Shown here piece after piece: positions 1-9,228 of a DNA stretch of 36,743 nt; position 1 is the stretch's first letter; the number at the start of each line of letters is the position of its first letter. The DNA comes from an uncultured virus (IMG/VR IMGVR_UViG_3300044730_000954) (lineage: Duplodnaviria; Heunggongvirae; Uroviricota; Caudoviricetes): IMG/VR virus record IMGVR_UViG_3300044730_000954; one strand, 5' to 3'. The notes below the pieces were generated by a model, which worked only from the letters and a program-made list of their open reading frames with translations, was not told the DNA's origin and searched no databases. The position numbers and the translations under genes are program-made.

Positions 1-393
1 TTTCCCAATATGTCTTGTTAAAAATTTAGAAATAATAACCTTATCTTTACCAGTTATTTGTTTTAACTCATTAAATTTTTTAATTAAATTAATATCACAG
101 TTTTTTTCAAAAAACATATGAGAGTCTATTTGCAAAAAATAATCTTGATTACGCATTAATTTTCTTAATATGTACCTAATACGAACAACGCCAGGTCTGT
201 TTTTAGCATTTAAATTTAATAATGATAAATTTTCTGTTTTAATAAAAGAAAAATCTGGAATTTTTATTTTTTCATTTTGAACTGCTATTCCAAAATATAA
301 ATTTTCAGGATACAGAGCATTATCTATAGCAGATTTAACTGTTCTTTCTAAAAAAGGGTCTTCGTATGATGCAATAGATACATATATGGACAC
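1..393 (-). CDS. GT60/GlcNAc-family glycosyltransferase (Skp1-hydroxyproline GlcNAc-transferase-like); 3' end runs off the window
   Basis: Translated by hand from GTG at 393: (M)SIYVSIASYEDPFLERTVKSAIDNALYPENLYFGIAVQ...DYFLQIDSHMFFEKNCD. The IASY and QIDSH motifs match this family and the paralogue at 34078-34986. Confidence 0.8.
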   Translation of the reverse strand, partial: MSIYVSIASYEDPFLERTVKSAIDNALYPENLYFGIAVQNEKIKIPDFSFIKTENLSLLNLNAKNRPGVVRIRYILRKLMRNQDYFLQIDSHMFFEKNCDINLIKKFNELKQITGKDKVIISKFLTRHIGK

Positions 394-394
394 A

Positions 395-1018
395 TTACTC
401 CGTTCCGTCTGACATTAACATATCATGTCTATTGTGAAACCAAGCTGGTATTGAGTATCTAGTTCCAGAAACGATATCCGATATTGTATGAACATACAAA
501 AAGTTTGATGGGAATAAGACAACGCTTCCAGCTTTTGGTTTTATTGTTATATTTGAAATTGGAAAAGATATTTCTCCACCTTCATAATCGTCATTTAAAT
601 ATATTAACACACTTAAGGCTCTTGTACTTACTCCATGATCTTGATGGGGAGGTAAAAATCCACCTTTAACATATTTTAATATATTTGGCCTTTCTCGCCC
701 CTTTAAATTAGCTCTAGCAAATGTATACTCACTAAAGTACTCTTCTAGTGCTTTGTCTGCAATTAAGTTAATTTCATTTATTAAAAATAATTCTTCTTCA
801 TAGTATTTATGATTTGTAAAAAGCTCTTCCTTGTTTTGTAGTCTTTTTTGATAACAAAATACACTGTTTTGTCCATCCACCCATGGATTCCAAATTGTTC
901 CATTATTTTCTTGTTCACTTTTACTATTATAGTTTTCTAAGAATTCAATTATTTGATTTCCATTATTAAAAACATCCTCAACCATAATTAAACCAAGATC
1001 TAATTTTTTAGTTATCAT
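395..1018 (-). CDS. 2OG-Fe(II) oxygenase, prolyl 4-hydroxylase-like
   Basis: HQD facial-triad motif, LSVLIYLNDDYEGGE, FPSNFLYVH and GTRYS. Start placed at ATG 1018 behind a GGAGG RBS. Confidence 0.9.
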   Translation of the reverse strand: MITKKLDLGLIMVEDVFNNGNQIIEFLENYNSKSEQENNGTIWNPWVDGQNSVFCYQKRLQNKEELFTNHKYYEEELFLINEINLIADKALEEYFSEYTFARANLKGRERPNILKYVKGGFLPPHQDHGVSTRALSVLIYLNDDYEGGEISFPISNITIKPKAGSVVLFPSNFLYVHTISDIVSGTRYSIPAWFHNRHDMLMSDGTE

Positions 1019-1574
1019 TTTTAGCCTCCAATATATCTGGATCTGCAAAAGCAATATCCGAGCAGTGATGAAATAAAAGTGTATATCTATGTCCGCTTGT
1101 TACCTTAGTAATTCCATGAATATAGGAAGAATTTTTTTGTGGAAATAAGACAGCGGAATATTTTACTGGAACATATTTAAAGTTTTTTTGTGGAAAATAT
1201 ATTACTCCACCTTCAAATTCTGGTGGCTCATTTAGATATATTACAGTACTCCACTGAATAAATGGTTCTTTTTCAATATCGTCAAGATGTGGCGGTCCTT
1301 CATTATCTGTTTCCCAATGCGAAGAATACCCTTTTGTTGCATAAATATTTTCATCTAAATTAAATAATTCTTGAATTTTTTTATTTGCTTTTTCTCCATA
1401 TTTTTTTAACATTGACACAGTAATTTTATTATATGGCAAAGCCGTTCCACCATTTCTATTATTATAAAACTCTGGATATGGGTTAAATTCAGAAGGATGA
1501 TTTATTTCATTTATAATGATTTGTGCATCTTCAGGTTCAATAAAATTTTCAATAATAAATATTTGATTGCTCAT
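1008..1574 (-). CDS. 2OG-Fe(II) oxygenase, prolyl 4-hydroxylase-like
   Basis: HLD motif, STVIYLNE..FEGG and HGITKVTSGHRY. Confidence 0.9.
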   Translation of the reverse strand: MSNQIFIIENFIEPEDAQIIINEINHPSEFNPYPEFYNNRNGGTALPYNKITVSMLKKYGEKANKKIQELFNLDENIYATKGYSSHWETDNEGPPHLDDIEKEPFIQWSTVIYLNEPPEFEGGVIYFPQKNFKYVPVKYSAVLFPQKNSSYIHGITKVTSGHRYTLLFHHCSDIAFADPDILEAKNDN

Positions 1575-2326
1575 ATTCTACTCCCGTGGGTATAAAATCT
1601 ATCACGCTGTAATTCTCCTATTTGATGCCTTAAATATTCCACATCATTTAATTGATGATAATTTTTTTTAATAGGATTAATTAACGCATACTCTTTGAAA
1701 TTTCTTTGTAATCCAATAAGATTTATAAACTTATTGCTACCAGTATCATATAAGCTTTGAACTTGATCATAGTTATGAGTTTTAGAAAAAGGAATATAGT
1801 CGTGCTCTTTTTTATCTAAAATATTTATAATTTCTAGTAGACTATCTTCAAAATCATACCCATTGCAAAATGCCCTAATTGATAAATCTTCTTCTTCACC
1901 CATTAATCTAAGATAGTGAGGATATCCAAAAATATCAAGATCTTGTTTTTTAATAAAAGTACCATCTACTGAAAAACTATTTTTTATGCTTTTTATTTTG
2001 TTTGATTTTAGATTATTTAATATCTTAATATCCCATTGGTCAGTAAATTCTGTAGCAGAAGATACAAAAAGAATATATTCTTCTGCTGGAATATAAGAAG
2101 TTATTGTAAATCTTTGTGTTGCAAATCCTTCAAAATTATCCCAGGGAAGATAATTAATAAGATCTTTTTCTGTTTTTTTTACTTTATAATGATAGCTATC
2201 TTGAATAGTTACAAAAAATTTTATTCTATCTTTTAATGCAGCTTTATTATATGCATTATTGATAGTTTCAACAATTCTTTTATCTCTATAAGAAACTATG
2301 CAAATATTTATTGAAGCGGAATCCAA
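1571..2326 (-). CDS. Divergent GT60/GlcNAc-family glycosyltransferase homologue
   Basis: ICIVSYRD...TINNA N-terminus and GEEEDLSIRAFCNGYD resemble 34078-34986. The QIDSH motif is replaced by FVSSA. The TTG start is uncertain. Confidence 0.65.
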   Translation of the reverse strand: MDSASINICIVSYRDKRIVETINNAYNKAALKDRIKFFVTIQDSYHYKVKKTEKDLINYLPWDNFEGFATQRFTITSYIPAEEYILFVSSATEFTDQWDIKILNNLKSNKIKSIKNSFSVDGTFIKKQDLDIFGYPHYLRLMGEEEDLSIRAFCNGYDFEDSLLEIINILDKKEHDYIPFSKTHNYDQVQSLYDTGSNKFINLIGLQRNFKEYALINPIKKNYHQLNDVEYLRHQIGELQRDRFYTHGSRI

Positions 2327-2940
2327 TGCTGTTCCTGATCTTTAGGATATGTTTTTATTCTTTCAAAAGGAACAACATCGTATGCAACTGTAATTCTTGG
2401 ACCATCCCATGACCAATCTCCCATTGCATGTGGATGTCCCATCTCAGAAAGAATTGCTCTATTGTTTTTATTAATATTTTCTACTACCTGTGCTGGATCT
2501 CTAAATAATTGATAGTATGTAGATGACGGCTCTGCACTTACACAGTAATATCCATGAAATAGCGGAGCAAAATCTTCTGGACCAGCGTGGTCATGCCAGT
2601 CTAGCTTTCCAGTATCTGAATAGTTAATATTAAACCATCCCTGCATCATATACTTTTGTTCTTCAAAATTTATCTTATAATATTCACATGCTTCTTTAGT
2701 CATACTAGAAATAGCATTATATAGATTTCTAATACCAGTAATATGGAACTGAAAAACATTATATTGATTCCATTTAGCAGTAGATATACTTCCAGAACTT
2801 ACCCACGCACCGTCATCAGTTACTGGAGTAACTCCATCTATTTCTGCATTTTTTATTCTTCCATATCTATCTTTTAATTCCTCGGATAAATCTAAAAGAT
2901 CGTTATCTAAAAATCTTTCAAAGAATTTATGCTCTCTCAT
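2308..2940 (-). CDS. Putative 2OG-Fe(II) oxygenase (TIGR02466-like)
   Basis: WFNIN, WHDH, HGYYCV, HPH and RITVAYD pattern of a double-stranded beta-helix dioxygenase. Confidence 0.7.
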   Translation of the reverse strand: MREHKFFERFLDNDLLDLSEELKDRYGRIKNAEIDGVTPVTDDGAWVSSGSISTAKWNQYNVFQFHITGIRNLYNAISSMTKEACEYYKINFEEQKYMMQGWFNINYSDTGKLDWHDHAGPEDFAPLFHGYYCVSAEPSSTYYQLFRDPAQVVENINKNNRAILSEMGHPHAMGDWSWDGPRITVAYDVVPFERIKTYPKDQEQHWIPLQ

Positions 2941-3638
2941 TAATTAAACTCCTTTGGTTGTTGTAATTGTTTAGTATACCACGAGTGAATATATGTTCGC
3001 CTATTTTCGTGCTCCCATAGCATTTCATCTTTAATAGAATTATCTATCTCCATCTTCCAAGACTCTCTTGTAAAAGGTAAAAGTTGATATATTGGTGTGC
3101 CTTCTTTTATTATTCCTTCAAAATCTCTCCTTAACACAAATCTAATATCTGCTGGTGGAAATTTTTTATCTGAATCTACTATTGCTGACGGAACATAAAA
3201 TGGCAAATCAACTCTGTTAAAAGGATGTGTAACAAGCACTGATGTGCCAGGGGGAGTTGATATTCCATGCATCATCCTAAATGCAAAAGCAATTGGGTGA
3301 TAAAAAGGAGGTATTGGAAATTCAACTAGTGGCATTCTATTTATAGTAAACAAATTAGATTTCCATGAGATTTCTGGAATACCATACTTATTTATTTCTA
3401 CTAAAATATCTTCTGCCAATAAAACTTGATAGCCAGATGCGAAAGCATCAAATGTTGGAGAACAAATTTTTAATGATATGGCAGAAGAGTCTATTCCATC
3501 TTGATTGCTTAATTTTACATCTGCTAAACTGTTTGACTCATTATATTTACTAATATCTTTATACCACTGAGGAATTATTGTTTTTGCTGGAACTGGATCT
3601 GGTCCAAGTCCAACTTGATAAAATTTTATTGTTTTCAT
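2940..3638 (-). CDS. Conserved phage protein (DUF6065-like, dUTPase-like beta-clip fold), paralogue of 4156-4866
   Basis: PxPA..IPxW, KxCxxxxD...GY, IVDSD and IKEGTPIYQLLPFTRE, all shared with 4156-4866. Confidence 0.6.
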   Translation of the reverse strand: MKTIKFYQVGLGPDPVPAKTIIPQWYKDISKYNESNSLADVKLSNQDGIDSSAISLKICSPTFDAFASGYQVLLAEDILVEINKYGIPEISWKSNLFTINRMPLVEFPIPPFYHPIAFAFRMMHGISTPPGTSVLVTHPFNRVDLPFYVPSAIVDSDKKFPPADIRFVLRRDFEGIIKEGTPIYQLLPFTRESWKMEIDNSIKDEMLWEHENRRTYIHSWYTKQLQQPKEFN

Positions 3639-4156
3639 AATACTTCCATATAGTATGCAGATGTATGTTTTTCTATTTTACCATAGTCTGCTTTTATAAA
3701 CTTAGAATCTTTTTTTACAAAAAATGGAACCCATACTGGCTCTAAAATATTTTTATTCTCTGGATATATTTTAGAAAAATTTATAATAATCTCTTCTGGA
3801 ATATAAAATGGATAATCCTCATCATTTGAATTTTTTATTTTTACATCTATATCTTTGTCAAAAAACCAAGAACAATACCACGCAAACTTTGTATTAAAAC
3901 AATCACTTGGAGCGTCTTTTGCATATATATCAATAGTTTTAAATTGTTGAATTGCTGGCCTACTTACCATTCTTATCATATTATTGCTATCAAAATTAAT
4001 TAAATATTCACTATAACACTCTTGTCTATATAAATTTTCAGATATTTCTTTTGGTTTTGGAGATATTTTCATTGCATACAAATGTAGTGGCTTGATTAAA
4101 TCATTTTTAATTTCTTCTTTATTTGGAATTTCATAATAATAGCTTTTATGATTCAT
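3635..4156 (-). CDS. Hypothetical protein
   Basis: 173 aa ORF translationally coupled to both neighbours. Confidence 0.7.
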   Translation of the reverse strand: MNHKSYYYEIPNKEEIKNDLIKPLHLYAMKISPKPKEISENLYRQECYSEYLINFDSNNMIRMVSRPAIQQFKTIDIYAKDAPSDCFNTKFAWYCSWFFDKDIDVKIKNSNDEDYPFYIPEEIIINFSKIYPENKNILEPVWVPFFVKKDSKFIKADYGKIEKHTSAYYMEVL

Positions 4157-4866
4157 TATTTATATTCTTTTCTTGTCCAAAATTTTAATTTATATCCGTG
4201 AAGAAATGTTGACCTTACAACTTTTCTTTGAATATTTTCTATGTCTGGGTTGTATCCATGTATTTCGTGTTCCCATTTTTCCCTATTAAAGGGTATAACC
4301 TGAACTAAAGGAGTTCCCTGTTTTATAATACCTTTAAAATTCTTTTTTACAAAAAATGATAAATGTCCGTCACTAATAAATTTATCAGTATCTACAATTG
4401 CTGTAGTTGCAAGTATTGGAGAGTTTTCTCTAAAAACTGGAGGCATAAATAATGTACTAGAACCAATATCTGTTTTAATAAGCCAAAAAGGATGGATTCT
4501 TAATACATCTGACATATATATCTCTGTATCTATTGGCATATTGGATAACTGTTGGTTTGGATGTGCAGATATAATATGTGGTCTAAACCTTTCAAATTCA
4601 AATGGTAACTGAGTTAATATTTGATTTCCAGTTGTATCTACATAAATATCTATTGGCATTTTAATAATATATCCTGCAGTTATTGAATCAAGAATTGCTG
4701 GACATTTTTTTACAGTTGACTGATATGTTCCATTTGAAAGTTGACCATTATCCATAAAAGGTTGCTGTAGTTTCCACCACGCTGGTATATTTTGTATTGC
4801 TGGCTCTGGTTTTGGAGCTATTCCTAGCATTTGAGAGTGTGCTTCAAAAAAACGAATTTTTGTCAT
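4156..4866 (-). CDS. Conserved phage protein (DUF6065-like), paralogue of 2940-3638
   Basis: TVKKCPAILDSITAGY, IVDTD and IKQGTPLVQVIPFNRE. Start at ATG 4866 overlaps the upstream stop. Confidence 0.6.
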   Translation of the reverse strand: MTKIRFFEAHSQMLGIAPKPEPAIQNIPAWWKLQQPFMDNGQLSNGTYQSTVKKCPAILDSITAGYIIKMPIDIYVDTTGNQILTQLPFEFERFRPHIISAHPNQQLSNMPIDTEIYMSDVLRIHPFWLIKTDIGSSTLFMPPVFRENSPILATTAIVDTDKFISDGHLSFFVKKNFKGIIKQGTPLVQVIPFNREKWEHEIHGYNPDIENIQRKVVRSTFLHGYKLKFWTRKEYK

Positions 4867-5108
4867 TACCATTTTCCTAACGGACATTCTGCATTTTCTA
4901 ACTTAGTTTTTAATAACATAAAACATCCACATTTTTTACATTGTTTTGTTGCACTAGTCAATTGAGGACAAGAAAGACATATCTCATATCTTTCTTTAGC
5001 AATGCTTTCTGCTACATATCCTGTTTCTGGATTTAAAAAATCCCAAGGTCTTGTCTGACCTAAATTTTCTTTATATTTTTGCCAAGCACTTTTGTTGTCA
5101 TTTTCCAT
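4866..5108 (-). CDS. Small Cys-rich protein (DUF6171-like)
   Basis: RYEICLSC...CKKCGCFM..KTKL...CPLGKW; paralogue at 9831-10025. Confidence 0.75.
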   Translation of the reverse strand: MENDNKSAWQKYKENLGQTRPWDFLNPETGYVAESIAKERYEICLSCPQLTSATKQCKKCGCFMLLKTKLENAECPLGKW

Positions 5109-5113
5109 AATTA

Positions 5114-5554
5114 TTAGTCAGGGTTAGTAAAATTAGAACCATCGTACAGCCAGCCAACTTCAACAAAAGATAACTGCTCTGAAGTTAACTCAACAATTTC
5201 TGAAGAAATTATAATATTAACATATTCATCAATTTTTTCTTGATTTTCAAATGTGTCTTTTCTTTTTCCATATTGTCCAACTATTTCCCCATCCATAATT
5301 CCTGCAAACCTTATTGAATTTGGATGTGTAAATACGCCTTCTTCTAGCAATGTGGTAGTTCCATCTTCTATATCTTTTTTATAAAATTTACCGTCTAAAA
5401 ATAAATCTCCTGGCATTACATCATACCTTGTTGTTTCTTTTAAAAGAACTCCAGATCTAAATAATGCAATCCATTTTTCTGTTGATGGACCAGCAGGACT
5501 TACTGACTCTATAAAACGAACTACCCCATCTTTAATAAATGCAAAACTTGGCAT
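5114..5554 (-). CDS. Hypothetical protein with two repeated modules (fibre-assembly-like)
   Basis: FAFIKDGVV / FAGIMDGEIV and PGDLFLDGKFY / VGWLYDGSNF. It has its own TGTATAAT -10 and AAGGAG RBS. Confidence 0.65.
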   Translation of the reverse strand: MPSFAFIKDGVVRFIESVSPAGPSTEKWIALFRSGVLLKETTRYDVMPGDLFLDGKFYKKDIEDGTTTLLEEGVFTHPNSIRFAGIMDGEIVGQYGKRKDTFENQEKIDEYVNIIISSEIVELTSEQLSFVEVGWLYDGSNFTNPD

Positions 5555-5616
5555 TTTTTCTCCTTTTTTATAAATTATACACTATAAAGCATAATGTGTC
5601 AATAAGTGATTAAATA

Positions 5617-6282
5617 TTAACAGAAGAATGTTCCACCGCAACATGGCGGTTCGCCACCACAGCAGCAAGGGCTGTAGCAGTCACAGAACGGTGGTGTAAA
5701 GCTGAACGGCGTAAAGCTAAATGGTGCTGGCGTAAAGCTGAACGGCGTAAAGCTAAATGGTGCTGGCGTAAAGCTGAACGGCGTAAAGCTAAATGGTGCT
5801 GGCGTAAAGCTGAACGGTGTAAAGCTGAACGGCGTAAAGCTAAATGGTGCTGGCGTAAAGCTGAACGGTGTAAAGCTGAACGGCGTAAAGCTAAATGGTG
5901 CTGGCGTAAAGCTGAACGGTGTAAAGCTGAACGGTGTAAAGCTAAATGGCACAGAAGGAGTAACAGTATTACTTATAGTAGAAGGCAAAGATGTAGCAAT
6001 AATAGAGTTAGCAGCAGTTCTTGTGCTTAATGTAACAGTAAAAGTATAAGATGTACCGTTTGTTAGTCCAGTAACAGTAATTGGACTTGATGTTCCAGTA
6101 GCAGTAATTGATCCAGGATTGGATGTTACAGTATATAAATTATTATTTAGTGGTTTACCTAAATATGATGAAGCAGTAAAACTTACTGTAGCTTGTGCAT
6201 TTCCTGCACTTGCAGATGGACTGGTTGGCGCACTTGGTTGACGACCAGCAGACGACTGAGATCCACTGACATATGGTAGCAT
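5617..6282 (-). CDS. Fibronectin type III domain protein with (PFSFT)n repeat region and Cys-rich C-terminus
   Basis: PSAPT..SASAGNAQATVSFT...ITVTGLTNGTSYTFTV is an FN3 signature, followed by 15 PFSFT units and an 8-Cys tail. Confidence 0.85.
   Translation of the reverse strand: MLPYVSGSQSSAGRQPSAPTSPSASAGNAQATVSFTASSYLGKPLNNNLYTVTSNPGSITATGTSSPITVTGLTNGTSYTFTVTLSTRTAANSIIATSLPSTISNTVTPSVPFSFTPFSFTPFSFTPAPFSFTPFSFTPFSFTPAPFSFTPFSFTPFSFTPAPFSFTPFSFTPAPFSFTPFSFTPAPFSFTPFSFTPPFCDCYSPCCCGGEPPCCGGTFFC
5695..5949 (-). repeat. Coding tandem repeat: 15 x 15-bp units (PFSFT) in blocks of 3,3,3,2,2,2 separated by 6-bp Pro-Ala spacers
   Basis: Plus-strand unit (c/t)gtaaagct(g/a)aa(c/t)gg, read directly; 255 bp = 85 codons. 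Confidence 0.95.
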
Positions 6283-6283
6283 T

Positions 6284-7087
6284 TTAAGCCACCAAATCGC
6301 CTAATGCAACCCAAGTATCTGTGGCTCGTTTTATTAATGTAACGGAAGAGTATTGAGCTCTTAGTTTTAATCCTGGGGTACCATTTACGGTAACACCGCC
6401 AGATCCAGCAATTGTTGTTTGTCCTGCTCCTGTTTGTAATATAATTATCTGTGACCCTGTTGGAAAAGCTACTGATGAATTTAATGGAATAGTTAATGTA
6501 TTTGCAGAAGCATTAGATATTTCTACTATCTTAGAATTATCTGACAAAACCAAGGTATATGATGAAGTCTGTGCATTTGTAGCTAAATTAATTACAGGAG
6601 CAGTCAATGTTTTGTTTGTAAGAGTGTCAGTAGTTGCACGTCCTACTAGTGTATCTGTGCTTGTTGGTAAAGTTAGCGTTCCAGTATTAATAATACTTGA
6701 AATTGTTGGAGTTGTAATTGTTGGTGAATTTAGAGTGCTTGTCCATTGTAATCCACTAGCCGTTGCGCTATTTGCAATTAATATTTGATTATTAGTTCCA
6801 ACATTTAAAATTGAAGTTGTGCTTGCTGCTGAAGCAGAAATTAAATCACCTTTTGCTGTTAATGCACTTTTTAAAATAGCATTATTTGATCCAGAAGTTA
6901 TCTGTGTTTGAAGATCGTTTAAAGTATAGGCAATAGATGGATTTACTAAAGAAGCAGTGGATGTGTTTGCAGTATTATATGAATAAGATCCATAATGATA
7001 TACACGTAAAGCAGCTTGAATGTCTGCTGCATCAGAATACCCTGGTATTGCTGTGGGGTATAAAGAACCAATTGATTCTGCTGCCAT
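6284..7087 (-). CDS. Putative virion/tail-fibre protein
   Basis: Thr/Ser-rich; AKGDLI, TDTLTNKTLT and the C-terminal YTLVLSD...LTIPLNSSVAFPTG...WVALGDL module typical of phage fibres. Confidence 0.7.
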   Translation of the reverse strand: MAAESIGSLYPTAIPGYSDAADIQAALRVYHYGSYSYNTANTSTASLVNPSIAYTLNDLQTQITSGSNNAILKSALTAKGDLISASAASTTSILNVGTNNQILIANSATASGLQWTSTLNSPTITTPTISSIINTGTLTLPTSTDTLVGRATTDTLTNKTLTAPVINLATNAQTSSYTLVLSDNSKIVEISNASANTLTIPLNSSVAFPTGSQIIILQTGAGQTTIAGSGGVTVNGTPGLKLRAQYSSVTLIKRATDTWVALGDLVA

Positions 7088-7115
7088 TATTTCACCTCTC
7101 TGAAATTATATCATA

Positions 7116-7688
7116 TTAAGATACAGGATCAATCTCTATAATCGTAATATGAATATGAACTGTTACCTGCTCATCTAAAGCAGCCCAAGCGCTACTAACA
7201 TATTCTGCTGCTTCAATATTAATAACTAGATTTTCCTCAGCTCCAGCCAATGGTGGAATTTGCATGCTTGAGGCTATTGGGCTATCGTGAACGATACTAT
7301 ACTGGATGCTAAAATTTTCAGAAGTCAGACCAGAAACATCAGTAATATCAGATATTGGAATAATAATTTCAGCGGATCCAGATTCAAAAACCACATCATA
7401 ATTAATAGAATATGAAGCTGGAAAAATATTAACTAATTCAGTCCATGTATTTGATCCAGGCTGTGAAACATATTGGTATATATAGCCGTACTGTTCGCTT
7501 GGAGCTATATTTAAAAATAAATCATTAAGCTCTGGAGTTTGTCCAATTTCAATTAAATTTGGATTTCCAAGTCCTACAAAAAATTGACTTCCACGTTGAC
7601 CTTTTGGCCCTATGTCTATCAATAGTTCAATATTTGGAGGTGATCCAAGAACTGTAATATCATCATTACTAATTATTACTTCTGTCAC
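7116..7688 (-). CDS. Hypothetical protein, probably virion structural
   Basis: Acidic, beta-rich, short GPKGQRG collagen-like motif, and in a structural gene context. Confidence 0.6.
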   Translation of the reverse strand: MTEVIISNDDITVLGSPPNIELLIDIGPKGQRGSQFFVGLGNPNLIEIGQTPELNDLFLNIAPSEQYGYIYQYVSQPGSNTWTELVNIFPASYSINYDVVFESGSAEIIIPISDITDVSGLTSENFSIQYSIVHDSPIASSMQIPPLAGAEENLVINIEAAEYVSSAWAALDEQVTVHIHITIIEIDPVS

Positions 7689-8047
7689 GGAGCAGCACCA
7701 GATACCTGTTCTGTTACCGTAATAACTCCAGTTAATAATGTGTAAACAATATCTGGGGTAGCATCGGTATTTACAATTTCAACATCATAAACATACTGTC
7801 CTGCATTTAAAGTTAAACCAACACTCGGTACTATTCCACATACAACAACGTCTGACTCTGTATTTATATCTGCACCTGCTTCTACACTAAAATCTGGATT
7901 ATCTCCACGAGATGATGCTATTGTAAAAGTTGCTTCTGAAAAATTATTTAAATCAAATGCAGATCCGTCAGAATTTTTAGGGCGTATTACAAAATTATAT
8001 GTATCGCCTTTATAATAATTAAAACTATATGTTGCTGGAAATGCCAT
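7685..8047 (-). CDS. Putative tail/baseplate Ig-like protein
   Basis: KGDTY.F...YVYDVEI...LLTGVITV pattern; distant resemblance to 8139-8564. Confidence 0.55.
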   Translation of the reverse strand: MAFPATYSFNYYKGDTYNFVIRPKNSDGSAFDLNNFSEATFTIASSRGDNPDFSVEAGADINTESDVVVCGIVPSVGLTLNAGQYVYDVEIVNTDATPDIVYTLLTGVITVTEQVSGAAP

Positions 8048-8138
8048 TATTTTTCCACCTTAAATATTTTACCGTCTATTTTAATAATAGGCGGTAGTTC
8101 TGGACGATCAACACTAATTTTTATAACTGGTGGATACA

Positions 8139-8564
8139 TTACAAACTACCTCCTGGGGTTACATTACCTAATACACATATTGTACCAATAACTGGTGTCC
8201 AAATGGTGTCACAAGATGAAGATCCACTAACTTCTTCTCCTGGAATTGTTACACGAATATCAAATTGCAATTCTGCTACAACGCTAGCATAGGTAGTTCC
8301 CCAACGCTCTGTCGTAGAAGATGGCACTACAAGGGTTATAGAGCCTGTTGTAGCCTCAACTGGGAGATCATCTAGTACATTGCCCTGTGGATCATATGAA
8401 GTAGCCTTATAGGTCCACCCACTAGTATCCCAATCAGTAGTCTCATCTGATTCTAAAAAATCAACGGTAAGGGTAGCAGTATTTCCACGAACAACTTTCC
8501 ATTGTACAGAAACTGGTTCTACACCATATTGAGAAATAGTATTTGAGCAATATCCACAGGCCAT
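8139..8564 (-). CDS. Putative tail/baseplate Ig-like protein
   Basis: VVRGNTATL...FDIRV...GTICVLGNVT; first gene of the minus-strand structural operon. Confidence 0.55.
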   Translation of the reverse strand: MACGYCSNTISQYGVEPVSVQWKVVRGNTATLTVDFLESDETTDWDTSGWTYKATSYDPQGNVLDDLPVEATTGSITLVVPSSTTERWGTTYASVVAELQFDIRVTIPGEEVSGSSSCDTIWTPVIGTICVLGNVTPGGSL

Positions 8565-8590
8565 AATGTTTGATTATATCATAAAATAAG

Positions 8591-8645
8591 GCTGAACCCG
8601 CTAGGGGCAGTGGGGGTGGGTAGAGAGCAACCTAGCGGGAACAGC
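8591..8645 (-). ncRNA. GC-rich stem-loop with C-rich loop (small RNA, leader or attenuator candidate)
   Basis: GCTGaaCCCGCTAGG ... CCTAGCGGGaaCAGC inverted repeat, with a minus-strand TGTTATAAT -10 just upstream (about 8654-8662). Confidence 0.45.
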
Positions 8646-8843
8646 AAGTTGATTATAACATTTGTTTATATTAAAATAGTACAAATCGTATCAAACCAGA
8701 CACTGTTATTAAAAGTTATAAAATCGTTATAAAGAAAAACGGTAAAAAGTTAAAAAAGTTTAAAACCAGAGTGTATACTTAAATATATATTAAAGAAAAG
8801 AATATATCTTAATAATTAAATATCTTTTATATATTATATATAG

Positions 8844-9071
8844 TTACTTTTTAGAATGATCTTCTAGGTGACTAATCATCATATCAAACATCTTATCCAT
8901 TTTATCTTCAAGCCGTGTTACCTGATCTTTCATTGAAGATCCACTATTTGGCTTTAATTCGGACATAATATCTTCTACGTATTTTTTCACGATCCACCTT
9001 CCAAAAAGTCCAACAGCGCCAAGTATGGAAATAATTGTTAATATAAATCCAGCCCAATCTTGTGCGCTCAT
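8844..9071 (-). CDS. Small single-TM membrane protein with coiled-coil tail (holin/lysis-accessory-like)
   Basis: MSAQDWAGFILTIISILGAVGLFGRWIV followed by LKPNSGSSMKDQVTRLE. ATG 9071 lies 7 nt from a TGATATAAT -10. Confidence 0.6.
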   Translation of the reverse strand: MSAQDWAGFILTIISILGAVGLFGRWIVKKYVEDIMSELKPNSGSSMKDQVTRLEDKMDKMFDMMISHLEDHSKK

Positions 9072-9228
9072 GAGATGAATTATATCATTATTTGATACAA
9101 AATCGGGCGGTATAAAGCGAAGCCGAAAATAGAACACCAAACACCCAATAGACAATACATGAATATAAATATTCACTATGTCTGGATATGGTTGACTTTT
9201 CTATATATCCGCTGTATACTGATAAACA

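Noticed and set aside
5695..5949. Possible CRISPR array
   Set aside because: Units are contiguous 15-bp in-frame coding repeats with no unique spacers.
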